NCBI GenBank assembly: GCA_964526195.1
Contig: CAZGIH010000013.1
Coordinates: forward strand, 74,707 to 138,706
Reading direction: 5' to 3'
Source of the DNA: an uncultured Chromatiales bacterium
Lineage (GTDB): Bacteria > Pseudomonadota > Gammaproteobacteria > Poriferisulfidales > Poriferisulfidaceae
Length of the DNA: 64,000 nt
Part shown: positions 29,042-38,413 of the stretch, piece after piece
Layout: every line of letters begins with the position of its first letter
How positions within the stretch are numbered: the stretch's first letter is position 1
Made by a program: the position numbers and the translations under genes
Notes under the pieces: model-generated
Database searches by the model: none
The model's input: only the letters and a program-made list of their open reading frames with translations
Told to the model about the DNA's origin: nothing

Positions 29042-29869
29042 TTATTCGGCAGCGCCGGCGGTCTGCTTCTCGACCCAGGCGCGGTATTCGTCGGGGGGCA
29101 CGGCGTGGACCTCTATCGGCATAAAGCCATGGTCGCGGCCGCATAGTTCGGCGCATTGGCCCCGGTAAACACCGGGATCATCAATCTGAGTCCACAGTTC
29201 GTTGATAAAGCCCGGTATGGCATCCCGCTTGAGGGCGAGATCCGGTACCCACCAAGCATGGATCACGTCGTTGGCAGTGATCAACAGGCGGATTTTCGTG
29301 TTGGTCGGGATGACCAGGGGTCGGTCGACTTCCAGCAGGTAGTGTTCGCCCTTTTCCGCCCTATCGCGAATCGAATCGCGCGAAGTCGAAAGGAACGAGT
29401 AAAAACCGAAATCGTGGTCCAGATAGTCGTAACGCCACAGCCACTGGTAACCGGTGATCTTGATCGTCATCTCGGATTGGCCGGAATCCTCCATCTTGAT
29501 CAGGGTGGCCGTCGCCGGAACCGCCATGGCGACCAGGATGATAAAGGGGATGACTGTCCAGATTACTTCCACGGTCGCGCTTTCGTGGAACGTCGCAGCG
29601 GTCACGCCGCGGGATTTTCGGTGCATCAGGATGGAATAGAACATGGCGCCGAATACCACGATGCCGATAACCACGCAGATCCAGAAGATAAGCATGTGCA
29701 GGTCATAGACGATGCGGCTGACTTCGGTGACACCGACCGGCATGTTGAGGGTGTCCCAGCCGGCTAGTGCGGCGCTTGCGAAGGGCAACAGAATGACCCC
29801 GGCCGCGAGGCGACGAAGGTTCAGAACGGATTTTAAATTCGGCAACAACCGACGGATTCTTTCCGGCAT
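29042..29869 (-). CDS. coxB: Cytochrome c oxidase subunit II
   Basis: GYQWLWRY, DVIHAW and the CuA motif CAELCGRDHGFM. The start is uncertain (29869 or 29911). Confidence 0.95.
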   Translation of the reverse strand: MPERIRRLLPNLKSVLNLRRLAAGVILLPFASAALAGWDTLNMPVGVTEVSRIVYDLHMLIFWICVVIGIVVFGAMFYSILMHRKSRGVTAATFHESATVEVIWTVIPFIILVAMAVPATATLIKMEDSGQSEMTIKITGYQWLWRYDYLDHDFGFYSFLSTSRDSIRDRAEKGEHYLLEVDRPLVIPTNTKIRLLITANDVIHAWWVPDLALKRDAIPGFINELWTQIDDPGVYRGQCAELCGRDHGFMPIEVHAVPPDEYRAWVEKQTAGAAE

Positions 29870-30040
29870 GTGTAGATATCGGGCGCGTTTCGTCTGGAAT
29901 AGCGACATCAAACGCTCATTATATATGTTTGGGTGGTGGCCGCCCTTGTGTGGCAGGAGTCATGTGCCCCCGGCTAGCCTCGACTTGGCGTGCTTCCGGC
30001 AGTGGGGTGCGACTATACTGGGTTGTGCAGGAGAGTCACG

Positions 30041-30961
30041 ATGTCTGCTGATCCCCATCCACGCGGATCCGGGCCTGTTTCCGGCGGGCACGAGGGTGAC
30101 GCCCGCCGTATTTTCTGGGCGTTCCTGCTGATCGGCGGGTTCATGATCGCCGAGGTCATCGGTGGCGTGATCTCGGGATCTCTGGCGTTGCTGGCCGATG
30201 CTGCGCACATGTTGATCGATGCGGTGTCCTTGCTGTTTGCATGGATCGCCTTTCGGTTGAGCCGGCGCCCGGAGGATACGACGCGGACTTACGGCTACCA
30301 CCGCTTTCCGGTCCTTGCCGCCTTTACTAACGGCGTCAGCCTGATATTCATCGTTGGCTGGATCTTTTTCGAAGCAGTGGGCCGGCTCTTCAACCCGACC
30401 GAAGTGCTTGCCGGACCTATGCTTGCGGTGGCATCGCTTGGCTTGGTCGTCAATCTCGGGGCATTTGCGCTGTTTTACGGGGCGGATCGCGACAACCTGA
30501 ATGTCCGGGGCGCCCTGATACACGTGGTAAGCGACATGCTCGGCTCGGTTGCAGCGGTCAGTGCGGCACTGATCATCATGACGACTGGCTGGATGATGAT
30601 TGACCCGCTGCTTTCCTTCCTGGTCGGGTTGCTGGTGTTGCGCAGCGCCTGGTTCGTACTGAAGAAATCGGCGCACGTGTTGCTCGAAGGGGTTCCCGAG
30701 CAACTGCACGTGGAGGAAATTGGACCGGACCTGGTCGCGCACATCCCAGGCGTCGAAGATGTTCACCACGTGCATGCCTGGTCTTTGTCTCAGGAGCACT
30801 CGCTGTTGACTCTGCATGCGCGCATCACTGAAGACACCCAACCGGATTCGACGATTGCCGCCATTCGGGTTCGTTTGGCGGAACGCTTTAATATTGATCA
30901 CGCCACGGTGCAAGTCGAACTGGAGGATTGCACCGACAATCCGGCTGCCGCATCCGGCTGA
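30041..30961 (+). CDS. Cation diffusion facilitator (CzcD/ZitB-like Zn/Co/Cd exporter)
   Basis: SLALLADAAHM, RTYGYHR, HVVSD, HHVHAW and HATVQ. Confidence 0.9.
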   Translation: MSADPHPRGSGPVSGGHEGDARRIFWAFLLIGGFMIAEVIGGVISGSLALLADAAHMLIDAVSLLFAWIAFRLSRRPEDTTRTYGYHRFPVLAAFTNGVSLIFIVGWIFFEAVGRLFNPTEVLAGPMLAVASLGLVVNLGAFALFYGADRDNLNVRGALIHVVSDMLGSVAAVSAALIIMTTGWMMIDPLLSFLVGLLVLRSAWFVLKKSAHVLLEGVPEQLHVEEIGPDLVAHIPGVEDVHHVHAWSLSQEHSLLTLHARITEDTQPDSTIAAIRVRLAERFNIDHATVQVELEDCTDNPAAASG

Positions 30962-30991
30962 GAGTCACCCGGGCACACTCTTCCCGATCCA

Positions 30992-31014
30992 CAAGTGTTA
31001 TAGTATTACAATTA
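30992..31014 (+). promoter_or_regulatory. Probable Zur box upstream of znuA
   Basis: TGTTATA-G-TATTACA (30996-31010) matches the proteobacterial Zur palindrome TGTTATA-N-TATAACA with one mismatch, directly upstream of a Zn-binding protein gene. Confidence 0.75.
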
Positions 31015-31080
31015 GAATGGTCAGCGATATCGTGACGTGTTTCGTGTCGCTCAAGACTCACTTTTACTAAAAAGTCGAAT

Positions 31081-32040
31081 ATGAATTTGGGATACGCTCT
31101 CGCCCCCAAGCCTTTGCACTGCCTGTTAATCGCGATAGCATTGCTCGGCAGCACCTCTCCCCGTGCAGAGGCAACCGATGTCGCCGACCAGGTCGTCGTT
31201 TCGATCAAACCAGTGCATTCGCTGGTAAGTGGCGTTATGGCGGGGGTCGGCGAGCCCCATCTAATCATACGTGGCGCCACGTCACCGCACGCCTTCAGTC
31301 TGCGCCCTTCCGATGCGGCGAGCCTTGAGAATGCCCGGGTGGTGTTTCTGGTCGGCAAGTCGGTGGAGACTTCCCTTGTCAACTCGGTCGGCACACTGGC
31401 GCGCCACGCACGCATCGTCCTGCTGTCCGAGGCACAAGGCTTGGCCCATCGGCCGTTCCGGGATGGGGGGGATTTTGAAACCCACGGACATCACGAGGAC
31501 AAGGGAGACGGTGAGCTCGATTTGCACCTTTGGCTTGACCCGGAGAATGCCGGGACGATGGTGCGCGTGATTGCAGACACCCTGTCCGAGGCCGATCCGG
31601 CCAATGCCGGGGCATATGCGGCCAATGCTGAAATGCTTTTGCGTCGCCTGGAGGACCTGACCGCGGAAATTGCGGCAGAGCTTACTCCGGCTCGCGATCG
31701 GCCCTTTATCGTGTTTCACGATGCCTACCAGCACTTCGAGGACCGCTTCGGGCTGGAAGCGGTCGGTTCGGTGATGGTCAGCCCGGATCAGGCTCCAAGC
31801 GTTCGGCGCATCACAGAGCTTCGTGACAAGGTTCGCCGGCTCGGTGCGATTTGCGTGTTTGCCGAAGCTCAGTTCGAACCGAGCCTCATCGACACGATCA
31901 TCGAGGGGACCCCGGCTCGGATGGGCATGCTTGATCCTCTCGGCGCCGCCGACCCGAATGGTTCCGAGGCGTATTTCGACTTGATCCGCGACATGGCAAC
32001 TTCGTTCAAACAGTGTTTGGTGCCTGCGGGTGCGGGCTGA
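31081..32040 (+). CDS. znuA: Zinc ABC transporter substrate-binding protein
   Basis: VVVSIKPVHSLV, GATSPH, a short His-rich loop, HLWLDP, VFHDAYQHFE and CVFAE. Confidence 0.88.
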   Translation: MNLGYALAPKPLHCLLIAIALLGSTSPRAEATDVADQVVVSIKPVHSLVSGVMAGVGEPHLIIRGATSPHAFSLRPSDAASLENARVVFLVGKSVETSLVNSVGTLARHARIVLLSEAQGLAHRPFRDGGDFETHGHHEDKGDGELDLHLWLDPENAGTMVRVIADTLSEADPANAGAYAANAEMLLRRLEDLTAEIAAELTPARDRPFIVFHDAYQHFEDRFGLEAVGSVMVSPDQAPSVRRITELRDKVRRLGAICVFAEAQFEPSLIDTIIEGTPARMGMLDPLGAADPNGSEAYFDLIRDMATSFKQCLVPAGAG

Positions 32041-32098
32041 GACCGGGTCGAAAAAATGCGGGCTTACACCGTCAAGCCAAGCACTGAGGCTTTACGCA

Positions 32099-33037
32099 TC
32101 AAATCGGTTTGGCAGAGACGAAATTGCGGTACTTTTCTCGGGTAATTCTCCGGCTACGGAAGACTTCCACGATTCCCAGGGCAGATAGTTTGGCGTGGTC
32201 AGGCTGATCTTCTTGGAGTTGTGAGAGCGCAAGCAACGAACGGACCTCTGATAGCTCGATGCATGGTGACCAAACCGGCCAGGATAATTCAGTGACACAA
32301 TTTCGTTTTGAAAAACCGGTAGTTCTAAGTTCGTGTTGGCCGGGTTGCGTGGGAAACAAGGGTAATGCTTCGATTGCCAAGCGATTTCCTCCCCAAACGC
32401 TTCCCCGAGTATTGCGGTCACTATCCCCACTGGGATTGTTCCAGCGTAGCGCATATCTGACATCATCAACTGGGTCCCAGCGCATGCTATGTCCTTTCAA
32501 GGCGTCATTATAGGACCAGTTTTCAAAGATCGCTTTGCTCAAATGGCTCGTTTGTGTATCTTCAACAAAAGTTTGTATTGTTTTCAGGAAGTGTTGATGA
32601 CCGGCTCCGCCCATCGTCCGAAAATCCGTGTCAGCAATCTGGCCAGTAGGTTTGCCGTTCGATTGTGACTCGATGATATCGCTTCCGAACGCGGCGAGAA
32701 AGTCGGCATTGCGACGGTCCTCGGGCGAGGCAGAAGACTGGCAATCAAGCATGGCCCTGCGGTACACCTCGGTATCAATAGTCAAATTATCACCAAGGTA
32801 TAGAGAGGCTAGGTTACCGGCATCTTTCAATTGATTGTAGAGCAAATCAATTAAAGTATCGCGATCCAAATCTGCAGAAGAGTGTAGGCGTGGCCGCCAG
32901 TGGCCGCTTGTGATTTCCCAGTTCAACTCGAACTGATTTCTGGGTGCGGCCAGTGTCGCGGTCCTAAGAACGCCAAGGGTGGCAAGATAGCCTAACGGGT
33001 TGTCGGCGGAGAGACCGCCAAGCAGCAGATTAGTCAT
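32099..33037 (-). CDS. Type I-G small Cas8-like subunit (Cas8g2/Csb3, 'Cas3-extension' family)
   Basis: N-terminal L.GL...NPLGYLATLGVLR, MRWDP..D.RYALRW, GNRLAIEALPLFP and WPVW; last gene of the I-G operon. Confidence 0.7.
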   Translation of the reverse strand: MTNLLLGGLSADNPLGYLATLGVLRTATLAAPRNQFELNWEITSGHWRPRLHSSADLDRDTLIDLLYNQLKDAGNLASLYLGDNLTIDTEVYRRAMLDCQSSASPEDRRNADFLAAFGSDIIESQSNGKPTGQIADTDFRTMGGAGHQHFLKTIQTFVEDTQTSHLSKAIFENWSYNDALKGHSMRWDPVDDVRYALRWNNPSGDSDRNTRGSVWGGNRLAIEALPLFPTQPGQHELRTTGFSKRNCVTELSWPVWSPCIELSEVRSLLALSQLQEDQPDHAKLSALGIVEVFRSRRITREKYRNFVSAKPI

Positions 33038-33051
33038 TTGCCAGTTCCTTG

Positions 33052-36000
33052 TTAATCATTCATTTCTTCCCATTCGCTACGGCGATGATCCGCCAATCGC
33101 AGAATTGCTTCCAGCCAGGCTAGGCCCCACCATCCGTAAGTTTCAATCAATAACCAGAAACGACGCACTGTTCCAGTCTTCAGACGCTCCAAATGCGTTG
33201 GTCCGCACCAGGCCATTTCATGGCCATTGAGACGGTATTTGACATCTGGGGCATCCGGGTCGTCAACAATCGGCGCAAAGGGGCGGCAATAACCATGGTG
33301 GCTTGAAACTAGAAATAGTGTCAATTCGCGCAGCAGTGGATTTGTGGGCAGTAGTTCGGGTGCACTTTCCGCCAATCGTACAGATAAGAGTTCATGGCGG
33401 CCTCCGAAAGGGTAACCCGCGTTGATCTGTGCGGCTTTGTATGCTGATCCGGTCTTAGGGATGGAGGCTGATTTGGCTAGTGGCTCCCTTGCCATCAACA
33501 GCGGGTTCCCTCCATTAAGCAGTGCTTGAAAACGCGGATCAGCCTTACCTGTATCATGTAGTAATCCGGCGCAGGCGATAGCGTCGACGATCTCGTCGGC
33601 GAGGCCGCAGCCTAGGGCAAAGTGGCGAGCCCAGGCTTCAACTCCCGGCAAGTGTGTCCGTAAAAGGATAGGTTGGTTTTTCTTGTTTGCAATACCGGAT
33701 GAGCTGGGGTCGTCTTCGTCGTTGAAGGTTTCTGCTTGTCTTGTGAATTTGCGTAGAAGGCGTTGACCAGTCAAGATCACGTCGTTTTCTCCAATGCGAT
33801 GAAGATTGCGAAGAAATCCATGTTGTTCCGCTTCTTTTAAGAGTTGTATCGATGTGGCATGGAGCCATGTAAATTTTTCTTGGTCCTGGGAGTCACAGTC
33901 ACGCACCAAGGTGTCCAGCATGTGACGAACTAAGTCTAACTGTATGTTTGGATCCGAATTTTCGAGTTCTGTTTCAACCAACAGTTCCCTAGCCAGCTTT
34001 CGGGATTCGCCCAGAGGCCACAGGTCAATCAATTCATCATGCAGGCGTAGTAACGCTTTGGCGCGACTTTCCAGGTATGCTTGCTGGCTTACGTCAATTT
34101 CAGCCGGGCTAGTCTGAAAACTGGGAAGTTCTCCTAAGTGCTCAAAATTTTCTTGATTTGAATTGTTACCACTACTCGCGTCGATGACGACCACATCACT
34201 AGGCCTTGGTTTGTTTGTCTTGTTGATACGCTGCAGTTTCCCGCCTGCTTTCATTTTTCTCCAAAGGAAGGCGGTAAAAGTTTCAATGTCCGCTTCAGTC
34301 TCGCTTGTGTTGCCGCTAATGGCCTCGCCTTCAACGTCGCTACTGGTGTCTTCTACCGATTCCCCGCGTAGCCAGCGCAGAAAAACTCCCACTTTTACGG
34401 GAAGCATTTCGCTGGATACAGGAGGGCAGAGTCGCAGACTTTCTTCAGTGGGATTTACACGCCAGCAAACCTGGACATCGCCTCGAGTTTCACGCAGGCC
34501 ATGCAGGAACAGGCTGACCTCAGGCGAGGGTTCAGGCATCGGACGCGTTTGCACCAGACAGTCCACATGGGCGGGAAGCATGACAGGGGCATTGTGCGCG
34601 GGACTGTTCAGGGCCTGAAGTTTGTCTTTATCCGGAGGTTTCAGGTAAGCAATCCCGAAATCCACAGTGCCCGTTTTGTCCAGTTTTTTGTCCAGCCATT
34701 CAAAGGTGTTGACAACCGAGGGACCGTAGACTGGATCATCCACTTCCTGATCGCCCCGTAAGAGGATAGCAGCACGGGCATCAATGGCTCGACCCATACG
34801 ATTCAGACGGCCAAAACGCTGGCGCAGGGCATCTAAAGGCGCGCACTCCGTGACAAGTACATCAAAGTCAAAGTCAGCGCCCACTTCAAGCGTTTGGGTG
34901 GCGATAACGAAATGAGGTGCATCAAATTTTCGGTTCTCCGATTCGCCAGATGCCAATTGCATTTTTTCAAGGGTTTTGGTGGTACTGGATTTGTCTATAT
35001 TGCGCATCCGTCCGGTCAACAGAGTCACTCTATCGTTGTGGCGATTGGCAAGATAGTCACGAACGGCCCGGGCAGTGGCTACGCGGTTTACAAAGATAAC
35101 TACAGCCGGATTCTTCCCGCTGTTTCGAGTTTTTGATTTTTCGGCAAGAGTTTCAGCTGTTTCGCCAAGTTTTTCAGCAAAACGGCGGATTGCATTCTTT
35201 CCTTTGGCTGCCTCAACCTTTTCTACCAAAGCTGGTTTTTGCGCTAACTGGCGACGCCCCAGAGGGTGTTCGGGGTTAGAAGGTTGTGTCGATTCATCCT
35301 TGAAAACGGATTCCAGTCCGGGAGGTGGAGTTGCGGAAAGCACTATCGGATGAAAACTTCGGTACAAGGGGGTCTTACCCCACTTTCGATAGCGATGCAC
35401 GGCCTGCAGGGTCTCAAGAAACGGACGGGCACAGTGGGCTTCGTCCAGGAAAATTAGACTATCGTTAGCGACTAGCCCCGCATAGACTGGCCACATGCCA
35501 GCACCGCGCCCGTAGGCACGGAATAGCAGCCGTGATCCTACCTGGTCGACCGTGGAGGCGATGACGGCAGGCTGTAGTGGGCTCCGCGCCCAGGAGTCAG
35601 CACGATAACTGGCACCACGTAGTGTATGGACCGTGAGAGGAAGCTCGCCCTGACTCTGCCAGGGATCTTCTTCGTCGCCACTAGCAATCACGCGTAAAGC
35701 ATCTGCGACTTCCTTGAGTATTCCAGTTTTGGCTTCCGCCAGTTTATTTGCTAGTTGTTCCGCACGAGCGTAAGCTTCGTCAACAATAATGCGCCGGTCA
35801 ACCACAAAGAAAATACGGCGCGGCGCGGTTAAGGGATCGCCCTTTGCCATCTGTGACGCTTGGACTGCCAGCGCGTAAACCGCAATATCGATACAGGCTG
35901 TTTTTCCAGCGGCAGTAGGCAAGGCGATAGCTTCCGGCCAAGGCTGGTCAACGTCTTTCAGCACTCGTTCCGCTAGCGCTTGTTGCCAAGCAAAGGGTTC

Positions 36001-36057
36001 GCATCGCCAGAGGGCTTGGAAATAGTTGCCGAAGTGAGATGCAGCCAATTCAGTCAT
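33052..36057 (-). CDS. cas3: Type I-G Cas3 helicase-nuclease with C-terminal HD domain
   Basis: PFAWQ, LPTAAGKT, VDRR, STVDQVGSRLLFR, DEAH, LSAT, TQTLEVGAD and QRFGRLNR; the HD motif LLHDTGK, RHE, SHHG and LRLADH lie at the C-terminus. Confidence 0.95.
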   Translation of the reverse strand: MTELAASHFGNYFQALWRCEPFAWQQALAERVLKDVDQPWPEAIALPTAAGKTACIDIAVYALAVQASQMAKGDPLTAPRRIFFVVDRRIIVDEAYARAEQLANKLAEAKTGILKEVADALRVIASGDEEDPWQSQGELPLTVHTLRGASYRADSWARSPLQPAVIASTVDQVGSRLLFRAYGRGAGMWPVYAGLVANDSLIFLDEAHCARPFLETLQAVHRYRKWGKTPLYRSFHPIVLSATPPPGLESVFKDESTQPSNPEHPLGRRQLAQKPALVEKVEAAKGKNAIRRFAEKLGETAETLAEKSKTRNSGKNPAVVIFVNRVATARAVRDYLANRHNDRVTLLTGRMRNIDKSSTTKTLEKMQLASGESENRKFDAPHFVIATQTLEVGADFDFDVLVTECAPLDALRQRFGRLNRMGRAIDARAAILLRGDQEVDDPVYGPSVVNTFEWLDKKLDKTGTVDFGIAYLKPPDKDKLQALNSPAHNAPVMLPAHVDCLVQTRPMPEPSPEVSLFLHGLRETRGDVQVCWRVNPTEESLRLCPPVSSEMLPVKVGVFLRWLRGESVEDTSSDVEGEAISGNTSETEADIETFTAFLWRKMKAGGKLQRINKTNKPRPSDVVVIDASSGNNSNQENFEHLGELPSFQTSPAEIDVSQQAYLESRAKALLRLHDELIDLWPLGESRKLARELLVETELENSDPNIQLDLVRHMLDTLVRDCDSQDQEKFTWLHATSIQLLKEAEQHGFLRNLHRIGENDVILTGQRLLRKFTRQAETFNDEDDPSSSGIANKKNQPILLRTHLPGVEAWARHFALGCGLADEIVDAIACAGLLHDTGKADPRFQALLNGGNPLLMAREPLAKSASIPKTGSAYKAAQINAGYPFGGRHELLSVRLAESAPELLPTNPLLRELTLFLVSSHHGYCRPFAPIVDDPDAPDVKYRLNGHEMAWCGPTHLERLKTGTVRRFWLLIETYGWWGLAWLEAILRLADHRRSEWEEMND

Positions 36058-36064
36058 TATTTCA

Positions 36065-38413
36065 CTAATCCATCGGTAAACACAGACCATAACCGCGGAA
36101 GCGTCCTGCACCGATCATAACTGGTCCAGTTACTGGCTGGTCGAAAATCAATACGGCATGGCTATGGTTGCGACCGGCGCCGTCTGATTTTCTGATCGTG
36201 CGGGGAAATTCTCGAGCACTAGGTGCTCCTTCCACTAGGGAAACGGGATGCAACATAACTTCAAGCGGTTTGGGAAGTCCAATGCGTTCACAGGCCGTTT
36301 TAACATCATCAGAAACCTGTTGCCGTTTGTGTTTACCATCGTGATGACGATCCAGTACAATCGGAGTCACGCTCGCCCAGGTTCGTGATGGGCGCGTCCA
36401 GCGCTTCGTGCGCAGTGCTTGGGGTGGTGATTCGCGTGTTTCGTATTCCACATTGCATTCCAACCATTCTCCATCAAACAGTCGGCGCGAAACGGGGAGG
36501 TTTTCCTTGTCATACAGGAACGGGGAAAGGCAATTGGCAACCTCCTGTTCGTCTAGTCCAAACGGTAAGACCATAGCAACGCCAAGGATGTGTCCATCAG
36601 CGTGTTGCGAGCTAACAAAGGGCAGGGGTAGCAGGGCGAGATGTGGTTTTTTGCTCGGATGGCCGCTGTGGGTGTGGCCGGTAAGCCATTCCGGGGGTGG
36701 CTGTTTGGGGCAAAACTTCATCAAGGCACCACGCAAGGCGCCAGTCAGCTTAAGTGTGCTAGGCAACGAGATGCGCTTGCCGGACAATCGCAGAATGATC
36801 AGGTTGGAGTTGAAGTGCTTCGGGGAAGGTTCGGTGAAATCTTGGAGTTCAGGTTTTCTGTATCCTTGCCACCGTCCGGTTGATGGCCGTTGACTGGCAG
36901 GGGCACCGTTCGGGAAACGTTCTTCCCGTTCGGCTTCCAACTGTTTCAGGCGTTGTCTTTGCGCCTTAGGACCGTGATAGTGACGCTGGAAATCTCGTGG
37001 GCGCTTTTCCGTAATAATTCGTCTTCGTATGCGGTCAACATCCGGGGAGCGGGTGAGGTACCGAGCTTCCGATTGAGTAAGTCTACCGAAGGCGTATCCG
37101 AAGTGGTCTTTCCACCATTGCTCAAGATCTTTGCCATGGGTTTTTCTCAGTTCGTCCAGTTGTTTGTGACTGAGAGCAATTTTAGCAGAATAGGATTTAC
37201 CAGTTAACACGAATGCCGCAGCTACATGGCCACCCTGTTTGAGAATGTATCCGCGCAGATTAGCGAGTGTGCCACCCTGGCCGACAAAATCATCTACCAG
37301 AATGTAGGTTCTGTCTTTTTCAACTGGTCCCTTAAACAGGGCCTGACGAGCAAGCCGGCCATAGCCGCTGGCTCCGGTGTGAGAGACGATATTGCACTGC
37401 CTTATGTCCACCGCATAGTCACACTCTAAGTGTTCACTAATAATTTGGGCCAGCGCCGAGGGAATGGCGTTTAAGGTTTTCTCAAATGCGTGTACTGCGG
37501 CAAGTATGGGTTTGTCACCGCAGGCATATGTCTCCACAAATTTTTGTAATCGGGAGATGTCAGTGGATGGCAGCAAGTTTTTTAACATAGCAGCCGCTGA
37601 CTCGGCATCACCGGCTTTTGATGCGGAGTAGAGTGGGTCTTGCTTTACTGTCGATTCCTCTTTTAGGATAAGCACTTCCGGGAATTCATCCCAGTCTGCA
37701 CGATAAGGTTGTGCTTCCTTGATTTCTCTGAGTGTTTCTTTGGTGTTTTTAATGTCTATCTCAAGATCGTAAAAGGTCAGAGATTTATCGCGATTGAGTT
37801 GCTGTTTCAAAGTGGCAAGTCTGTTCGGGTATGGTACGCGCAGGCGGGCCTGGGCTAGGCCATTCGTGGATATCCAGTTCGGCTCGGGCGAGTGGTCGGC
37901 TATCCATGCTTGCACCAGTGAGGCTGAATGTCCCACATGGGTAACACTGGTTAACAATCGATCCAAGGCTGCTCTGTGTTCAGAGGGGAGAGGTCTCGCC
38001 CAAATCAAGTGGACGACTTCATCATGGGGAATAGCGACCGGAAAGGAACGTGGCTGGCGGGACCGAAACTCGGGTAACAAACCCAACCCTTTGTCTTTAA
38101 GTTTATCAAGGTCATAACTAACTGGCCCACCAACTGGCTCCCTGTCGGTGGTACGGACGTCATTGACCGGCACATAGCTGGTGAGGACCTGTCGCTGGTC
38201 GGCATCCGAAGCGGCAATATCGGGTGGGTCTTGGTCTTCTAACCAGCGTAGCGCAGCACCTTCGGCGATATCCTCCCCGGTTTCAAACCAAGCTGCGGCC
38301 AGTGCCATGAACACGCGGTCGGGGTGGGGAGGCCATTCGGCCAGTTTTTTATCTGCCCCATCCGCTGCCGCCATTGCCCAGCCGTTGAGATAACGAATGG
38401 CAATGGTGAGCAT
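36065..38413 (-). CDS. csb2: Type I-G Csb2 (Cas5/Cas6 fusion) with an inserted phosphoribosyltransferase domain
   Basis: N-terminal EWPPHPDRVFMALAA, YVPVND and GHSAS; C-terminal HLALLPLPFV...HADGHILG, WASVTPIVLDRH and GPVMIGAGRFRGYGLC; central aa ~236-470 contain ILVDDFVGQGGTL. Confidence 0.9.
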   Translation of the reverse strand: MLTIAIRYLNGWAMAAADGADKKLAEWPPHPDRVFMALAAAWFETGEDIAEGAALRWLEDQDPPDIAASDADQRQVLTSYVPVNDVRTTDREPVGGPVSYDLDKLKDKGLGLLPEFRSRQPRSFPVAIPHDEVVHLIWARPLPSEHRAALDRLLTSVTHVGHSASLVQAWIADHSPEPNWISTNGLAQARLRVPYPNRLATLKQQLNRDKSLTFYDLEIDIKNTKETLREIKEAQPYRADWDEFPEVLILKEESTVKQDPLYSASKAGDAESAAAMLKNLLPSTDISRLQKFVETYACGDKPILAAVHAFEKTLNAIPSALAQIISEHLECDYAVDIRQCNIVSHTGASGYGRLARQALFKGPVEKDRTYILVDDFVGQGGTLANLRGYILKQGGHVAAAFVLTGKSYSAKIALSHKQLDELRKTHGKDLEQWWKDHFGYAFGRLTQSEARYLTRSPDVDRIRRRIITEKRPRDFQRHYHGPKAQRQRLKQLEAEREERFPNGAPASQRPSTGRWQGYRKPELQDFTEPSPKHFNSNLIILRLSGKRISLPSTLKLTGALRGALMKFCPKQPPPEWLTGHTHSGHPSKKPHLALLPLPFVSSQHADGHILGVAMVLPFGLDEQEVANCLSPFLYDKENLPVSRRLFDGEWLECNVEYETRESPPQALRTKRWTRPSRTWASVTPIVLDRHHDGKHKRQQVSDDVKTACERIGLPKPLEVMLHPVSLVEGAPSAREFPRTIRKSDGAGRNHSHAVLIFDQPVTGPVMIGAGRFRGYGLCLPMD
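36946..37137 (-). CDS. Candidate nested out-of-frame small ORF inside the csb2 PRTase insert
   Basis: 63-aa ORF on the same strand as csb2 in a shifted frame, ending where the insert rejoins Csb2; contains MLTAYEDELLRKSAHEIS. Expression is unproven. Confidence 0.4.
   Translation of the reverse strand: MAKILSNGGKTTSDTPSVDLLNRKLGTSPAPRMLTAYEDELLRKSAHEISSVTITVLRRKDNA

Noticed and set aside
36950-37710. The csb2 insert as an intein or homing endonuclease
   Set aside because: There is no N-terminal Cys/Ser or C-terminal His-Asn splice motif and no LAGLIDADG/HNH motif; the insert has a PRTase signature instead.
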